DNA from: Candidatus Stahliibacteriota bacterium
GTDB taxonomy: Bacteria; Hydrothermota; Tepidihabitantia; SM23-42
DNA: 64,000 nt
Direction: 5' to 3'
NCBI GenBank assembly: GCA_030609135.1
Contig: JAUWCU010000001.1
Location: forward strand, 927-64,926
Shown here: positions 29,920 through 40,183 of the stretch, in pieces
How positions within the stretch are numbered: the first letter of the stretch is position 1
How the letters are laid out: every line of letters starts with the position of its first letter
The notes under the pieces: generated by a model
Database searches by the model: none
What the model was told of the DNA's origin: nothing
What the model saw: only the letters and a program-made list of their open reading frames with translations
Position numbers and translations under genes: made by a program

Positions 29920-30582
29920 ATGAATATTATGTATGATATTTTTCTGGCTGACGACCACACAATCATCCGACATGGATTGAGGCGTATAATTGAAGAAAAC
30001 CCGGGTTATCGAATTGTCGGCGAAACCGGTGATGGTCTAAAGGTAATCTCTAAAATTCGAACCCTACACCCCAATATGATAATCCTGGATTTATCTATGC
30101 CTGATCTCAATGGGATTGAGGTAGTCAACAGAATTAGAAAATACAATAAGAAAATCAAAATCCTCATCCTCACCATGCATAGGAATAATGAGTATGTGTA
30201 TGAGTGTCTGGTCAGTGGTGCTCAAGGTTATATACTCAAGGAAGATGCCGATTCAGAATTAATTTCCGCGATCAAAGCTCTCAAAACAGGTAATATCTAC
30301 ATTTCTCCTTCCTTTTCCAATGAAGTCATCAGAAATCTGATTGAACGTAGAAGCAACGCCGAGCGCAAAAGAGGAAGTGCAATTCGGCGGACGCTGACGC
30401 CCCGGGAACGTGAAGTTTTAAAGCTGGTTGCTGAAGGCAATTCCAATAAGAAAGTTGCTGACAAATTAGGCATTAGTGTGCGGACTGCTGAACACCATAG
30501 ACTGAATATCATGAAGAAACTCGGCGTGACCAATACAGCTGGTCTGGTGAGACATGCGTTGCGAACCAAGGTAATCGATTAA
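29920..30582 (+). CDS. NarL/FixJ-family response regulator (paralog of 26076..26735)
   Basis: Near-identical architecture and about 70% identity to the first RR. Confidence 0.9.
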   Translation: MNIMYDIFLADDHTIIRHGLRRIIEENPGYRIVGETGDGLKVISKIRTLHPNMIILDLSMPDLNGIEVVNRIRKYNKKIKILILTMHRNNEYVYECLVSGAQGYILKEDADSELISAIKALKTGNIYISPSFSNEVIRNLIERRSNAERKRGSAIRRTLTPREREVLKLVAEGNSNKKVADKLGISVRTAEHHRLNIMKKLGVTNTAGLVRHALRTKVID

Positions 30583-30670
30583 TCATGAATTCCCTCGGTA
30601 TGAACGACCTTCGTACCTCCCTCCGAGGAAGCTGGGGCGTATGCCCCAGCTTCCTTAACCTGAAAACGCA

Positions 30671-32287
30671 ATGAAGAAAAAAACCTTGCTATTTTTGCGT
30701 TTCATTCTGATCCTATGTACAGTCCTTGTCATGACGTATTCAAAAAAAGGTCTAGCCTTTCCCTCACCAGGATACACCATCGCCCTCTTGTACCTGATTT
30801 CCAACCTTGTATTCTATTTCTTGTCTGAGAAAATATTCACTAAACCCCTTTTCTCATTCTTTGTTTTCTTGTTTGATATCGTCACTATTTCTCTGACCAT
30901 ATACTTTATCCAGGGCGCGCAGACTGACTTTTTCCTTATCTATTTTCTGGTGATCTTCATTGCGTCAGTCAGTCAAGACATTGGAGGCAGCCTACCTACC
31001 GCAATTGTGGCAAGCCTCATATACGGATGGCTCATCTATCGATCAAACCCGGGAATCTCAATCCTCAGTCCAGTTATCCTATTGCGGGTTCCTTTCCTGT
31101 TTATAATATCACTAATTAGCAGCTACTGGTCAGCAAGCACGCGTCGGGAACTGAAGAAAAAAGACGAACTCGAGAGGTTTAATCGCGAACTCAAGAAAGA
31201 AGTAGAAAGGATCGCTTCGGAAGAGATTGCCTTGCACAGATACACTGAAAAAATCATCAGTAGTGTTCCCAGCGGTGTAATTGTCGTTAACGACGATGGT
31301 TCGATCACCACGCTCAACCCTGAGGCAGCAAGAGTCTTAGGCTTAAACAAGGCTCAAACAATTGGCAAAGATATAAAGAATATAGAACGTCTTGAAGCAC
31401 TCTGGAAAAAAATGGCGCAGTCGATTGTTTCAGGATCGATCGTACACAGGGATGAAGTTTCAATATACAATCAAAAAGGCAAATCAATACCCATCGGGCT
31501 TTCCATTTCTCCGATAAGTGACTTGGAAAATAGAATTACCGGGTGTGTAACGATTTTCAAAAATCTGTCAGAGATAAAAACGTTGCAGGAACAGTTAAAG
31601 CAGGCAGAAAAGTTATCGTACTTAGGTAAAATGGCAAGCTGGGTTGCTCATGAAATCAGAAACCCCTTGGCTGCAATTGACGGCTTTGCCCATTTGATAG
31701 TGGATGCCAAGAAACAGGAAAAAATCGCTCTATATAGCGCTGAGATATTCAAAGGTACCGAAAGAATAAATAATATTATTGAAGATATCCTCGCCTTTGC
31801 CAAAACAAAGAGGGCAAAACCGAAATTGGCAAAAATAGACTTAATGTCTCTGATTGACCATATTCTCAGGGATATAAACATCAAAACCACGATAAAAGAT
31901 GGAAAAGCATCTGTCATTGAAGGAGAAACAGAATCCATAAGAAGAGTATTTGTAAATTTGATAACCAATAGTGTAGAAGCCATGGATAAAGATGGTCACC
32001 TGAAGATAAAATTCGCCTCAAACAAGAAATGGGTCATTACTGAAATTGTTGATAATGGCGCAGGCATACCAAAGGAAGAACTCAAGAATGTGCTTACACC
32101 ATTTTTTACAACGAAAGAAAGAGGTACTGGTTTGGGTCTTGCAATTGTCCAGAAAATAATTGAAGAGCACAATGGTAAGATTGATATCAAAAGTGAAGAA
32201 GGCGTTGGTACGACAGTACGGGTATTTCTACCAAAGAAGGCTCAAAAAGGGTCAAAAAAGACAGGAACTGATAGGTGCTTAAATTGA
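30671..32287 (+). CDS. Membrane sensor histidine kinase with PAS domain (HisKA + HATPase)
   Basis: N-terminal 5-6 TM helices, PAS, H-box AHEIRNPLAAIDGFAHL, N/G boxes DNGAGIP, GTGLGLAIV. Confidence 0.85.
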   Translation: MKKKTLLFLRFILILCTVLVMTYSKKGLAFPSPGYTIALLYLISNLVFYFLSEKIFTKPLFSFFVFLFDIVTISLTIYFIQGAQTDFFLIYFLVIFIASVSQDIGGSLPTAIVASLIYGWLIYRSNPGISILSPVILLRVPFLFIISLISSYWSASTRRELKKKDELERFNRELKKEVERIASEEIALHRYTEKIISSVPSGVIVVNDDGSITTLNPEAARVLGLNKAQTIGKDIKNIERLEALWKKMAQSIVSGSIVHRDEVSIYNQKGKSIPIGLSISPISDLENRITGCVTIFKNLSEIKTLQEQLKQAEKLSYLGKMASWVAHEIRNPLAAIDGFAHLIVDAKKQEKIALYSAEIFKGTERINNIIEDILAFAKTKRAKPKLAKIDLMSLIDHILRDINIKTTIKDGKASVIEGETESIRRVFVNLITNSVEAMDKDGHLKIKFASNKKWVITEIVDNGAGIPKEELKNVLTPFFTTKERGTGLGLAIVQKIIEEHNGKIDIKSEEGVGTTVRVFLPKKAQKGSKKTGTDRCLN

Positions 32288-33204
32288 ACATAATAGACCT
32301 GGATTCGGACAACCGATTTGAGCCTCAATTAAAAGAAGGAACAATCAAAAAGGTGCTTGTTATTGAAGACAATACCGATGAATTCAATATTATGCAAGAA
32401 ATACTTACTGAGGCAATAGAATCATCATTCGAATTGATACGCGTTGACTGTTTAGAAAGTGGCTTGGAGAAGTTATTAGCAGGTAGTATTGATATAGTCT
32501 TGCTTGACCTTTCTTTACCTGATTGTCAAATACAAGATACGTTCAGCAAGCTATACGAGCAAACCCCTGATGTGCCGATCATTGTTATGGCTTTGCCAGA
32601 AGAAGAATCATTGGCTGTAAAAGCAACGCAGTTAGGAGCAAAGGACTATATTATCAAAGGTAAAGCAAGCAGCTCACAATTGAGATACATGATTAAATAT
32701 GCAGTTGAACAACACAAAATACAGGATGAGCTTGAGAGCCTTGTACTTATTGACAAACTCACTGGTTTATACAGCCGACAGGCATTTCTTGTCTTGGGAC
32801 AACACTACCTGAAATTGGCAAATCGTGCTAATAAGGGGCTGATATTCCTCATGCTCAACATTGAGAACCTGAAGAGTATCTCGGATAATTACGATTATCA
32901 AGAAAAAGAAAATGCTTTAGTTGATACTGCCAAGATTCTAAAACAGTCCTTTCGCAGGTCAGACGTTATAGCCCGCTACACAGAAGATTCATTTGCTATT
33001 ATTGCTCTGGAGGCACGCGAAGACAGTAACAAAATACTAATCAACCGCTTGCATCAAAATCTCAACGCCCACAAGTTAAAAAGCAAGAAAGCATATACAT
33101 TAGCTTTGAATATGGGCACAACATACTATGACCCTAAATCCCCCTGCTCAATTGCCGAACTCATGGCTCGTGCGTGCAAATCCCTCTGTGGGGTCAAATC
33201 TTGA
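32275..33204 (+). CDS. Response regulator receiver fused to degenerate GGDEF domain (TEDSF in place of GG[DE]EF); 3' end encoded by a solo transposon inverted repeat
   Basis: REC KVLVIEDN...DIVLLDLSLPD; GGDEF-fold segment LVLIDKLTGLYSRQAF...RYTEDSFAII. Confidence 0.75.
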   Translation: MLKLNIIDLDSDNRFEPQLKEGTIKKVLVIEDNTDEFNIMQEILTEAIESSFELIRVDCLESGLEKLLAGSIDIVLLDLSLPDCQIQDTFSKLYEQTPDVPIIVMALPEEESLAVKATQLGAKDYIIKGKASSSQLRYMIKYAVEQHKIQDELESLVLIDKLTGLYSRQAFLVLGQHYLKLANRANKGLIFLMLNIENLKSISDNYDYQEKENALVDTAKILKQSFRRSDVIARYTEDSFAIIALEAREDSNKILINRLHQNLNAHKLKSKKAYTLALNMGTTYYDPKSPCSIAELMARACKSLCGVKS

Positions 33205-33214
33205 ATAGTGAATA
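33190..33214 (+). repeat. Solo copy of the 25-26 bp terminal inverted repeat GGGGTCAAATCTTGAATAGTGAATA of the downstream Y1-transposase element
   Basis: Identical over 25 nt to 36375-36399 and reverse complement of 37428-37452; overlaps stop codon of REC-GGDEF gene. Confidence 0.65.
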
Positions 33215-33300
33215 CATGCTAATCGGATTCCTATATGTTTGTTCAATGCTTATTAGATGAATATAAAATCAACTAATACACTGCGGGGTAAGGTAATACC

Positions 33301-34953
33301 ATGATTGTAACGATAGTCTTATCAATTTCTGTACTGCTTCAGTTTATTGCCGCAATCCTTGCATTGAGGCTTATTCGTGTCACCGAGAAAAGTGGATCAT
33401 GGCTATTAATTGCAATCGCCATTATACTCATGGGTATCCGGCGTTCAATCACATTATTCAGGTTGATTTCAGGGGATTTGATGCATCATCCTGATTTAGC
33501 CGCTGAATTGGTTGCACTTGCAATTTCTGTCTTGATGATACTCGGCATAGCATGGATTGCACCACTTTTCCGAACAATTGGAGAATCGGAAAAGAAGGTT
33601 CAACATAGCAAAATATGGTTGATCGTAACTGGAATGTTCGGTCTGTTGTGCATATTAGTGTGGTTCAATGAGATATTGGATTTTCCACACATTCTTCTGG
33701 GGGCACCGCGTACACCTCTTAATTGGCAAGAAGCGCTTATTGAAATGATAGTGATTACTATTGTCGGTTTCTTCGTGGTATCGAAGATTATCCATTACAT
33801 CACCGAGCGCAAGAAGGCAGAGGAACACATCAGGCATCTGAACAGCGTGCTCAAAGCCATCCGAAATGTCAATCAGTTGATTATAAAGGAAAAAGACAGA
33901 GACAGATTGCTCCAGGGAACCTGCGATGCCCTGATAGAAACACGGTGCTACGATGCTGTATGGCTTGGATTCTTAAAGGATGGCAAGACCTTTGCCATGA
34001 TCAAAGGTTCAGGTTACAGAAAAGCTCTTTCTCGTTTCCGTGAACGTGTGATGGCTGGGGATCATCCTCCTTGCATTAAAAACGTATTCGCTCAGAATGA
34101 TATGCTTATGGTCGTGGATAAATCCAGGGAGTGTGGGGATTGTTTCTTCAAGAGCACATGTGTCAGCAAAGGAGTTGCAATCATCCGTGTCGAGCATGCC
34201 AATAGGCTTTTCGGGCTGCTTACTATATCGCTTGCGTCTGACGTTACGGCTGATGAGGAAGAAAAGGAACTCCTGAAAGAGATTGCTGGCGACATCGGCA
34301 TTGCTCTCCACAGCATAGAGCTGGAACAGGCACACAAAAAGGCACAAGAAGACATCAAACAAGGTTTGGAAAAGTTGCAAAGAATTTTGGAAGAAACAGT
34401 CAATGCCCTGGCATCAGCAGTTGGAAAGAGAGATCCATACACTGCCAGTCATCAGCAGCGCGTAACCGAATTAGCTATTGCAATTGCTAAAGAAATGCGT
34501 TTTTCGCAAGAACAGGTTAAAGGAATCCGCATTAGTAGTCTACTCCATGACATAGGTAACATATCTGTTCCTGCAGATATTATCAGTAAACCCGCTCGGC
34601 TAACCAATGCAGAATTCGAAATAGTTAAAGAGCACTCAAAAGTTGGTTTTGATATTTTGAAATCAATTGAATTCCCCTGGCCTGTTGCTGAGATTGTTTT
34701 GCAACATCATGAAAGAATAAATGGTTCGGGTTATCCTCAAGGTCTTTCAGATAAAGACATTCTTATAGAAGCAAAGATACTGGGTGTAGCAGATGTAGTA
34801 GAGGCTATGTGTTCACACCGACCTTACCGATCGGCTTTTGGTGTAGCTAAGACATTAAAGCATATTTTACAAAACACAGGCTCTCTTTTTGCTCCCGAAG
34901 TGGTGGATGTATGTGTGAAACTGTTTAAAGAAAAGGGGTTTAGGTTTGTGTAG
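33301..34953 (+). CDS. Membrane GAF-domain HD-GYP phosphodiesterase (c-di-GMP)
   Basis: N-terminal TM helices, GAF-like middle, C-terminal HD (LLHDIG) and HHERINGSGYP HD-GYP motif. Confidence 0.8.
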   Translation: MIVTIVLSISVLLQFIAAILALRLIRVTEKSGSWLLIAIAIILMGIRRSITLFRLISGDLMHHPDLAAELVALAISVLMILGIAWIAPLFRTIGESEKKVQHSKIWLIVTGMFGLLCILVWFNEILDFPHILLGAPRTPLNWQEALIEMIVITIVGFFVVSKIIHYITERKKAEEHIRHLNSVLKAIRNVNQLIIKEKDRDRLLQGTCDALIETRCYDAVWLGFLKDGKTFAMIKGSGYRKALSRFRERVMAGDHPPCIKNVFAQNDMLMVVDKSRECGDCFFKSTCVSKGVAIIRVEHANRLFGLLTISLASDVTADEEEKELLKEIAGDIGIALHSIELEQAHKKAQEDIKQGLEKLQRILEETVNALASAVGKRDPYTASHQQRVTELAIAIAKEMRFSQEQVKGIRISSLLHDIGNISVPADIISKPARLTNAEFEIVKEHSKVGFDILKSIEFPWPVAEIVLQHHERINGSGYPQGLSDKDILIEAKILGVADVVEAMCSHRPYRSAFGVAKTLKHILQNTGSLFAPEVVDVCVKLFKEKGFRFV

Positions 34954-35034
34954 TAGGAAGAAGATACCCCACACGGAAGTGTGTGAAGATAGGAAGAGTG
35001 TATTTCCAAAACAGAGAGAAGATGGACTAAGACT

Positions 35035-36336
35035 GTGTTAAATGCAAAGATTCTAATTGTCGAAAACGAAAGGATTATTGCAGAAGATATAAAGAGGACT
35101 TTGCAGAATTTAGACTATGCTGTTTGTTCAATAGTAACCTCTGGAGATGAGGCAATTAAAAAGGCAGAACAGGATAACCCTGATTTAATTCTGATGGACA
35201 TTGTACTACAGGGTGAAATAAGCGGTATAGAAGCAGCAGAACAAATACACACGCGTTTCAATATTCCGATCATTTATCTCACTGCCTATGCAGATGCTAA
35301 GACATTGGAGCGTGCAAAAATAACAGAGCCCTTTGGATATATTACTAAGCCGTTTGATGAAAAAGAATTATACTCTACCATCGAGATAGCTCTTTATAAA
35401 AACCAAACAGAGAAAAAACTGCAAGAAAGTAAAGCCCGTTTACAGAATATAATAAACAATAATGCTGATGGTATTATCATTGTAGACCGCAAGGGAATTG
35501 TGCGTTTTGCCAATCCTGCTGTGGAAACCATTTTTGGCCGCAAAAAAGAAGAACTTGTAGGAGAATTGTTTGGTTCGCCATTAGTATCGAATGAAATAAC
35601 AGAACTTGATATTGTTGGTAAAGACGGTAAAGCAGTAGTAGTAGAAATGCGTATTGCTAAAATTAAGTGGGAAGGTGAGACTGCCTATTTAGCTTCGCTC
35701 CGCGACATTACCGAACACAAGCAGATTCAGCACGATTTACAAATAAGCTTTGATAAATTAGAAAGAATCTTGGAAGAAACAGTCAATGCTTTGGCATCAG
35801 CATTTGGTAAAAGAGATTTATACACTGCTGGTCATCAGCAACGCGTGACCCAATTAGCCATTGCAATTGCTGAAGAAATGGGTCTTTCAAAAGAGCAAAT
35901 TAAGGGAATCCGCATTGCCTGTCTTATCCATGATATAGGTAAGATATCAGTTCCTGCAGAGATTCTCAGTAAACCCAGTCGGCTAACTGATGCAGAATTC
36001 GAAATAGTTAAAGAGCATCCTAAAATAGCTTATGATATTGTGAAGTCAATAGAATTTCCCTGGCCTGTCGCTGAAATTATTTATCAACATCATGAACGCT
36101 TGAATGGTTCAGGATATCCCCGGGGACTTAAAGATGAAGAAATCCTCCCTGAAACTAAAATATTAATTGTGGCTGATGTGGTTGAGGCAATGTCTTCACA
36201 TCGTCCTTACAGACCGGCACGCGGTATGAAAATAACATTAGAAGAGATAACCAAAAACAGAGGCATTCTCTATGACCCTCAAGCTATAGATGCCTGTTTA
36301 ACGCTTATTAAGGAAAAAGGATTCAGGTTTGAGTGA
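35035..36336 (+). CDS. REC + PAS + HD-GYP phosphodiesterase (paralog of 33301..34953 over the HD-GYP module)
   Basis: Receiver ILIVENE...DLILMDIVL; PAS; HD-GYP HHERLNGSGYP; about 80% identity to previous gene over the C-terminal 190 aa. Confidence 0.85.
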   Translation: MLNAKILIVENERIIAEDIKRTLQNLDYAVCSIVTSGDEAIKKAEQDNPDLILMDIVLQGEISGIEAAEQIHTRFNIPIIYLTAYADAKTLERAKITEPFGYITKPFDEKELYSTIEIALYKNQTEKKLQESKARLQNIINNNADGIIIVDRKGIVRFANPAVETIFGRKKEELVGELFGSPLVSNEITELDIVGKDGKAVVVEMRIAKIKWEGETAYLASLRDITEHKQIQHDLQISFDKLERILEETVNALASAFGKRDLYTAGHQQRVTQLAIAIAEEMGLSKEQIKGIRIACLIHDIGKISVPAEILSKPSRLTDAEFEIVKEHPKIAYDIVKSIEFPWPVAEIIYQHHERLNGSGYPRGLKDEEILPETKILIVADVVEAMSSHRPYRPARGMKITLEEITKNRGILYDPQAIDACLTLIKEKGFRFE

Positions 36337-36374
36337 GCTATGAAAGAACCGGAAAAGAAATTCTATCAAGTAGT

Positions 36375-37452
36375 GGGGTCAAATCTTGAATAGTGAATAG
36401 CCCCATCAAGCTCTTGACATATCCCAAATCTTAAGTATTCTTTCCTGTGGCGAGGGCTTTACGTATACAATTCCCAGATGCTTATTATCACGTTATCTGC
36501 CGTGGTAACGCTAAAAAAAACATATTTTATGATGATCTAGACCGCAAAAAATTTCTGGAGCAACTTATCGATTCACTAAATACTTACGAAGTAATACTGC
36601 ACTCATACACACTTATGCACAACCACTTCCATCTACTTGTCCAAACACCGAAAGCCAATCTATCTGAATTCATGCGACGCTTCAACATTTGCTATACAGG
36701 ATGGTTTAATTATCGTCACCAACAATGTGGTCATATATATCAGGGTCGATATAAATCTCTACTTGTTGATGCAGACTCCTATCTTGTTGAACTGTCACGG
36801 TACATACACCTCAACATCGTTCGTGCACAAGGTACTGAACTAACATTATACGACGAGAAATGGAATCTGCTGCACAACTACAAATGGAGCAGTTTACCTG
36901 GCTATTTGAATAAATCAAAAACCAAACCATTTGTGAACTATGATTTTATCCTCTCAGTGATCAATGGACGTCGCGCTTATAAACAGTATATTTCTGATGC
37001 ACTCCAAAAAGGTACAAGAAACCCATTCGAACAACAGCTGTATGGTTGTATACTTGGGAGCAAAACGTTTATAGATAAAATACGGAAGGAACATACTTTT
37101 GAAGGATCTACACAGGAACAACCAACATACAAAAAGCTCTTGAGGAGAAGTATTGGTGCTGAATCTATCATCGCGTGCGTAGCAGATGTATTTGCCATTG
37201 ATAAGGTGCAAATACTCAAGAAACGTGGCTTTGATCCAGCACGGTGTATTGTTGCGGAATCGCTTTATCGTTTTGCTGAAATGAAACAAAAACAAATCGG
37301 TAGGTTGTTAGGAAATGTTGACTATTCTTCTATCAGTAATATGCGAAAACGATTTAAACGTTACATCACTGAAGACAAAGAGATAAATATGTTTTTCAAA
37401 AAAATTCTAAAGAGATTGAATAAACCTTATTCACTATTCAAGATTTGACCCC
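36375..37452 (+). mobile_element. IS200/IS605-like or REP-associated (RayT-like) Y1 transposase element bounded by 25-26 bp perfect terminal inverted repeats
   Basis: Left IR 36375-36400 GGGGTCAAATCTTGAATAGTGAATAG; right IR 37428-37452 exact reverse complement; encloses the transposase CDS. Confidence 0.7.
36447..37448 (+). CDS. Y1 (HUH) transposase, IS200-like N-terminal domain with C-terminal DnaA-C-like HTH extension
   Basis: HUH motif HNHFHLLV, catalytic Tyr region YQGRYKS; C-terminal DKVQILKKRGFDPARCIVAESLYRF resembles DnaA domain IV. Confidence 0.75.
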   Translation: MARALRIQFPDAYYHVICRGNAKKNIFYDDLDRKKFLEQLIDSLNTYEVILHSYTLMHNHFHLLVQTPKANLSEFMRRFNICYTGWFNYRHQQCGHIYQGRYKSLLVDADSYLVELSRYIHLNIVRAQGTELTLYDEKWNLLHNYKWSSLPGYLNKSKTKPFVNYDFILSVINGRRAYKQYISDALQKGTRNPFEQQLYGCILGSKTFIDKIRKEHTFEGSTQEQPTYKKLLRRSIGAESIIACVADVFAIDKVQILKKRGFDPARCIVAESLYRFAEMKQKQIGRLLGNVDYSSISNMRKRFKRYITEDKEINMFFKKILKRLNKPYSLFKI

Positions 37453-37475
37453 ATTGCTTCCTACAATAGATTTGC

Positions 37476-37805
37476 CTAATGTCCTCCTACAACTGTGTAG
37501 CCTGCGGCGCGTAACTTACGCGCAAGCCCCTGCTCAGCGATTACTGCTTCATCGTATAACAAGGGGTTAAGCTCTTCATATAGCTCGGGCATCAACCGAA
37601 TGCCGTATTTCTTTACATATCCACTCGCCTTGTAACCGGCTTTGTGGTTTTCAAAACGTTTTACTGGATTGATGCCGGTCATACCAACATACACACATGG
37701 TTTTTCAAAATCGCGACGCGGATTCTCATCCTGCACCTTTCGAAATCTCCTGATACAGTCTTCCAACAATACCACATAGATACTGTAGTGAACTGATTTC
37801 TTCAT
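37476..37805 (-). CDS. Small GIY-YIG-like nuclease domain protein (putative)
   Basis: YSIYVV ... CVYVGMT spacing and downstream R/E residues fit GIY-YIG; weak. Confidence 0.4.
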   Translation of the reverse strand: MKKSVHYSIYVVLLEDCIRRFRKVQDENPRRDFEKPCVYVGMTGINPVKRFENHKAGYKASGYVKKYGIRLMPELYEELNPLLYDEAVIAEQGLARKLRAAGYTVVGGH

Positions 37806-37862
37806 ATGACAGAAATAGGCTAAATAAGTAGTAAGTCCTTTGCGGCAAATGGAATAAACTAT

Positions 37863-38471
37863 CTATTCTCTTGAATAATGTGCTGTGTCCTTGTGTATGA
37901 GGTCCTCGATAGTTTTCCATAAAGCATCAACATCTGCTGTCATTATCACAAGATTGTGTTTCTTACCATGAAGATCAATTGCTCGGTTCTCTAATATTGT
38001 TTCTTGTCGAAAGCCAAGAGATTTAAATGTTTTTATCACTGTATGCTGGTTTTCAACTACCTCTGCAACAAGTCTGTCCATCTTCAAACTAAGTGCGAGA
38101 TAAAATATCTCCTTAGCCAGCAAAATCCCTAATCCGCGGCGGCGAAAGCTCCTGTCCGTCACAATACGAATCTCTCCTACATTTGGTGGCTGGTCAGTCG
38201 TTCTTTTATGTAATGTGGCGTCACCTATAATCCTGTCATCTAGCTCCGCTAATATTGGAATCACATGTTCGTAATTCAGCTTCTGAGCCCATGATTCAAT
38301 AACTTTAGGATCAGTGACATCATTTTTCAAAAATAACCTATCCTCTTCAGGGAGTCCTAAGAAGAATTTTAGGAGCTTCTGCTCATCTTCCTTGACCATA
38401 GGACGGAGAATGACTTTTTCTCCGCTTTTTATAGTAACCTCTTTTGGATAATCTCTTAACATTGATTTCAT
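37863..38471 (-). CDS. GNAT-family N-acetyltransferase
   Basis: Acetyl-CoA binding motif RRRGLGILLAKEI. Confidence 0.7.
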   Translation of the reverse strand: MKSMLRDYPKEVTIKSGEKVILRPMVKEDEQKLLKFFLGLPEEDRLFLKNDVTDPKVIESWAQKLNYEHVIPILAELDDRIIGDATLHKRTTDQPPNVGEIRIVTDRSFRRRGLGILLAKEIFYLALSLKMDRLVAEVVENQHTVIKTFKSLGFRQETILENRAIDLHGKKHNLVIMTADVDALWKTIEDLIHKDTAHYSRE

Positions 38472-38666
38472 TCCTCCTTTCTAATAGTTATACGCTCATA
38501 GTTGTTTTCACCAATTGTCTTTTACCCTTCCTGAATCAATTGCTGGAGGATTTCCAGTACTTCTTTTACATAATTCTCTCTGACCATCAATCTGCTGGTC
38601 TTGAAAAATAATCCTTTGCTCCACTATCTATTGTAGACAGCAGAAATAATTTGTCAATGATGGATT

Positions 38667-40043
38667 TTATTCTACTATCACAATTTTGACTACTCTGCTT
38701 TCAGAATCCTTCTTAAATACCAGAAAGTATGTACCCGAAGATAAATTGGCTCGGTCAAATTTAACTGTATGAAGACCTTTCGCAACTGCGCAATTCAAAA
38801 TATCTCTCACCTTCCGGCCTAATGCATCATACAATATCAGCTGCACCATGCTTTGTTGGACAAGGTTGAATTGCATCTTAGCCGAAGAAAACATGGGGTT
38901 AGGTGAAACCAATAGCGTGGACCGAGATTCTGTTGCATACTCACCAACCCATGGACCACCATCTTCCCGAATATGATAGACATGCTTGGTTCCTCCTGTG
39001 CCATAAACCCCCTGTTCAAATAATACGTGAGCTCGGTTATGTAAGTCGACACATATCTTGGGTCCGGCTACTCTCACTGCGTCATTTTGGATTATCGTAT
39101 CCGGTACCAGGGTCAGCAGCGAATCAGTAACCGGCTGACCACCTGTATCTAAATCGCCGCGAAGCGCTGTATACCACAAATTATGAGCCTGAGACGAACC
39201 ATCAATATAAACAACTCTAAGATGACCTGTGGTATCAATGGCAACATTTGGACACCATCGCTCAGAACCTTGAGCAAAAATTGAAGGGGCAATAGCAACT
39301 GTACCGTCAGGTCTTAGCTTCATGTAATACAACTGGACTCCTGATGTCCAGGTCCGGAAAACAATGTGAACACAGGTATCAGGTGTTGCCACAACCCGAA
39401 CATGCGACATAACCGAAATGGTTTCAAGTGTGTCCCAGGTCCAAGTTACGCCATAGTCTGGAGAAATCCCATATACTAAAAACTGCCTATCGTCGGCAAA
39501 AGTACAATGAAGGTCGCCGCTGGGATCGCGAGCCAGGCTGGTGCGTCCACTCCACGGATCACCACCATAAATGCTATCCAGCCAAATAATGTGCTGGCCA
39601 TTGGGTCCGAGACGGGTGAAGTAAATAACACTATTCCGTGAGTGGGTAGTGCTAACACAATCGGAGTCATCAGTGACACCTGCATCCATATGGGGTGAGC
39701 TGGCTTGTCCCTGACCTAAGATCGGCTGTCCAAGATAGATATTGGTTCCCTGAACGTCCTGAACAATCGGCTGGTAATCAAAGCCAGACCAGGGACGGAT
39801 AACATTAATTGTATCACCCTCTGTGTTCAAAACGTAAAGATCATGCTCATAGTCGTTCTGAGAATAGTTGTAACGAGAAACCGCGCAATAGACTGTGTCA
39901 AACTGGTCAATGCCTATCCGGACATTCAACCACCAATAGTTCCAGTCTGGATAAGTGCCGATAAGCTTGCGCGGTGTCCAGGAACCCTGTGCACTCACAA
40001 CAGTTAACAGAATCATCGAAAAACACAGAATCACTTTTTTCAT
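38667..40043 (-). CDS. Secreted BNR/Asp-box repeat protein with T9SS C-terminal sorting domain
   Basis: Signal peptide; Asp-box SPDYGVTWTWD; C-terminal LILYDALGRKV...SGTYFLVFKKDSESRVVKIVIVE CTD. Confidence 0.65.
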   Translation of the reverse strand: MKKVILCFSMILLTVVSAQGSWTPRKLIGTYPDWNYWWLNVRIGIDQFDTVYCAVSRYNYSQNDYEHDLYVLNTEGDTINVIRPWSGFDYQPIVQDVQGTNIYLGQPILGQGQASSPHMDAGVTDDSDCVSTTHSRNSVIYFTRLGPNGQHIIWLDSIYGGDPWSGRTSLARDPSGDLHCTFADDRQFLVYGISPDYGVTWTWDTLETISVMSHVRVVATPDTCVHIVFRTWTSGVQLYYMKLRPDGTVAIAPSIFAQGSERWCPNVAIDTTGHLRVVYIDGSSQAHNLWYTALRGDLDTGGQPVTDSLLTLVPDTIIQNDAVRVAGPKICVDLHNRAHVLFEQGVYGTGGTKHVYHIREDGGPWVGEYATESRSTLLVSPNPMFSSAKMQFNLVQQSMVQLILYDALGRKVRDILNCAVAKGLHTVKFDRANLSSGTYFLVFKKDSESRVVKIVIVE

Positions 40044-40183
40044 AGAACCTCCTCATTCAGATTATCATGAATTCTGGTGTGATGTCAATCCCCTCGAACT
40101 CCGTAAGAGAAGTTGGAAAAGGAAAAGGTGGCAGGTCTTGACATTAGACAATTAGTCTCCACATGATTTTTTTCTCAAATAAT

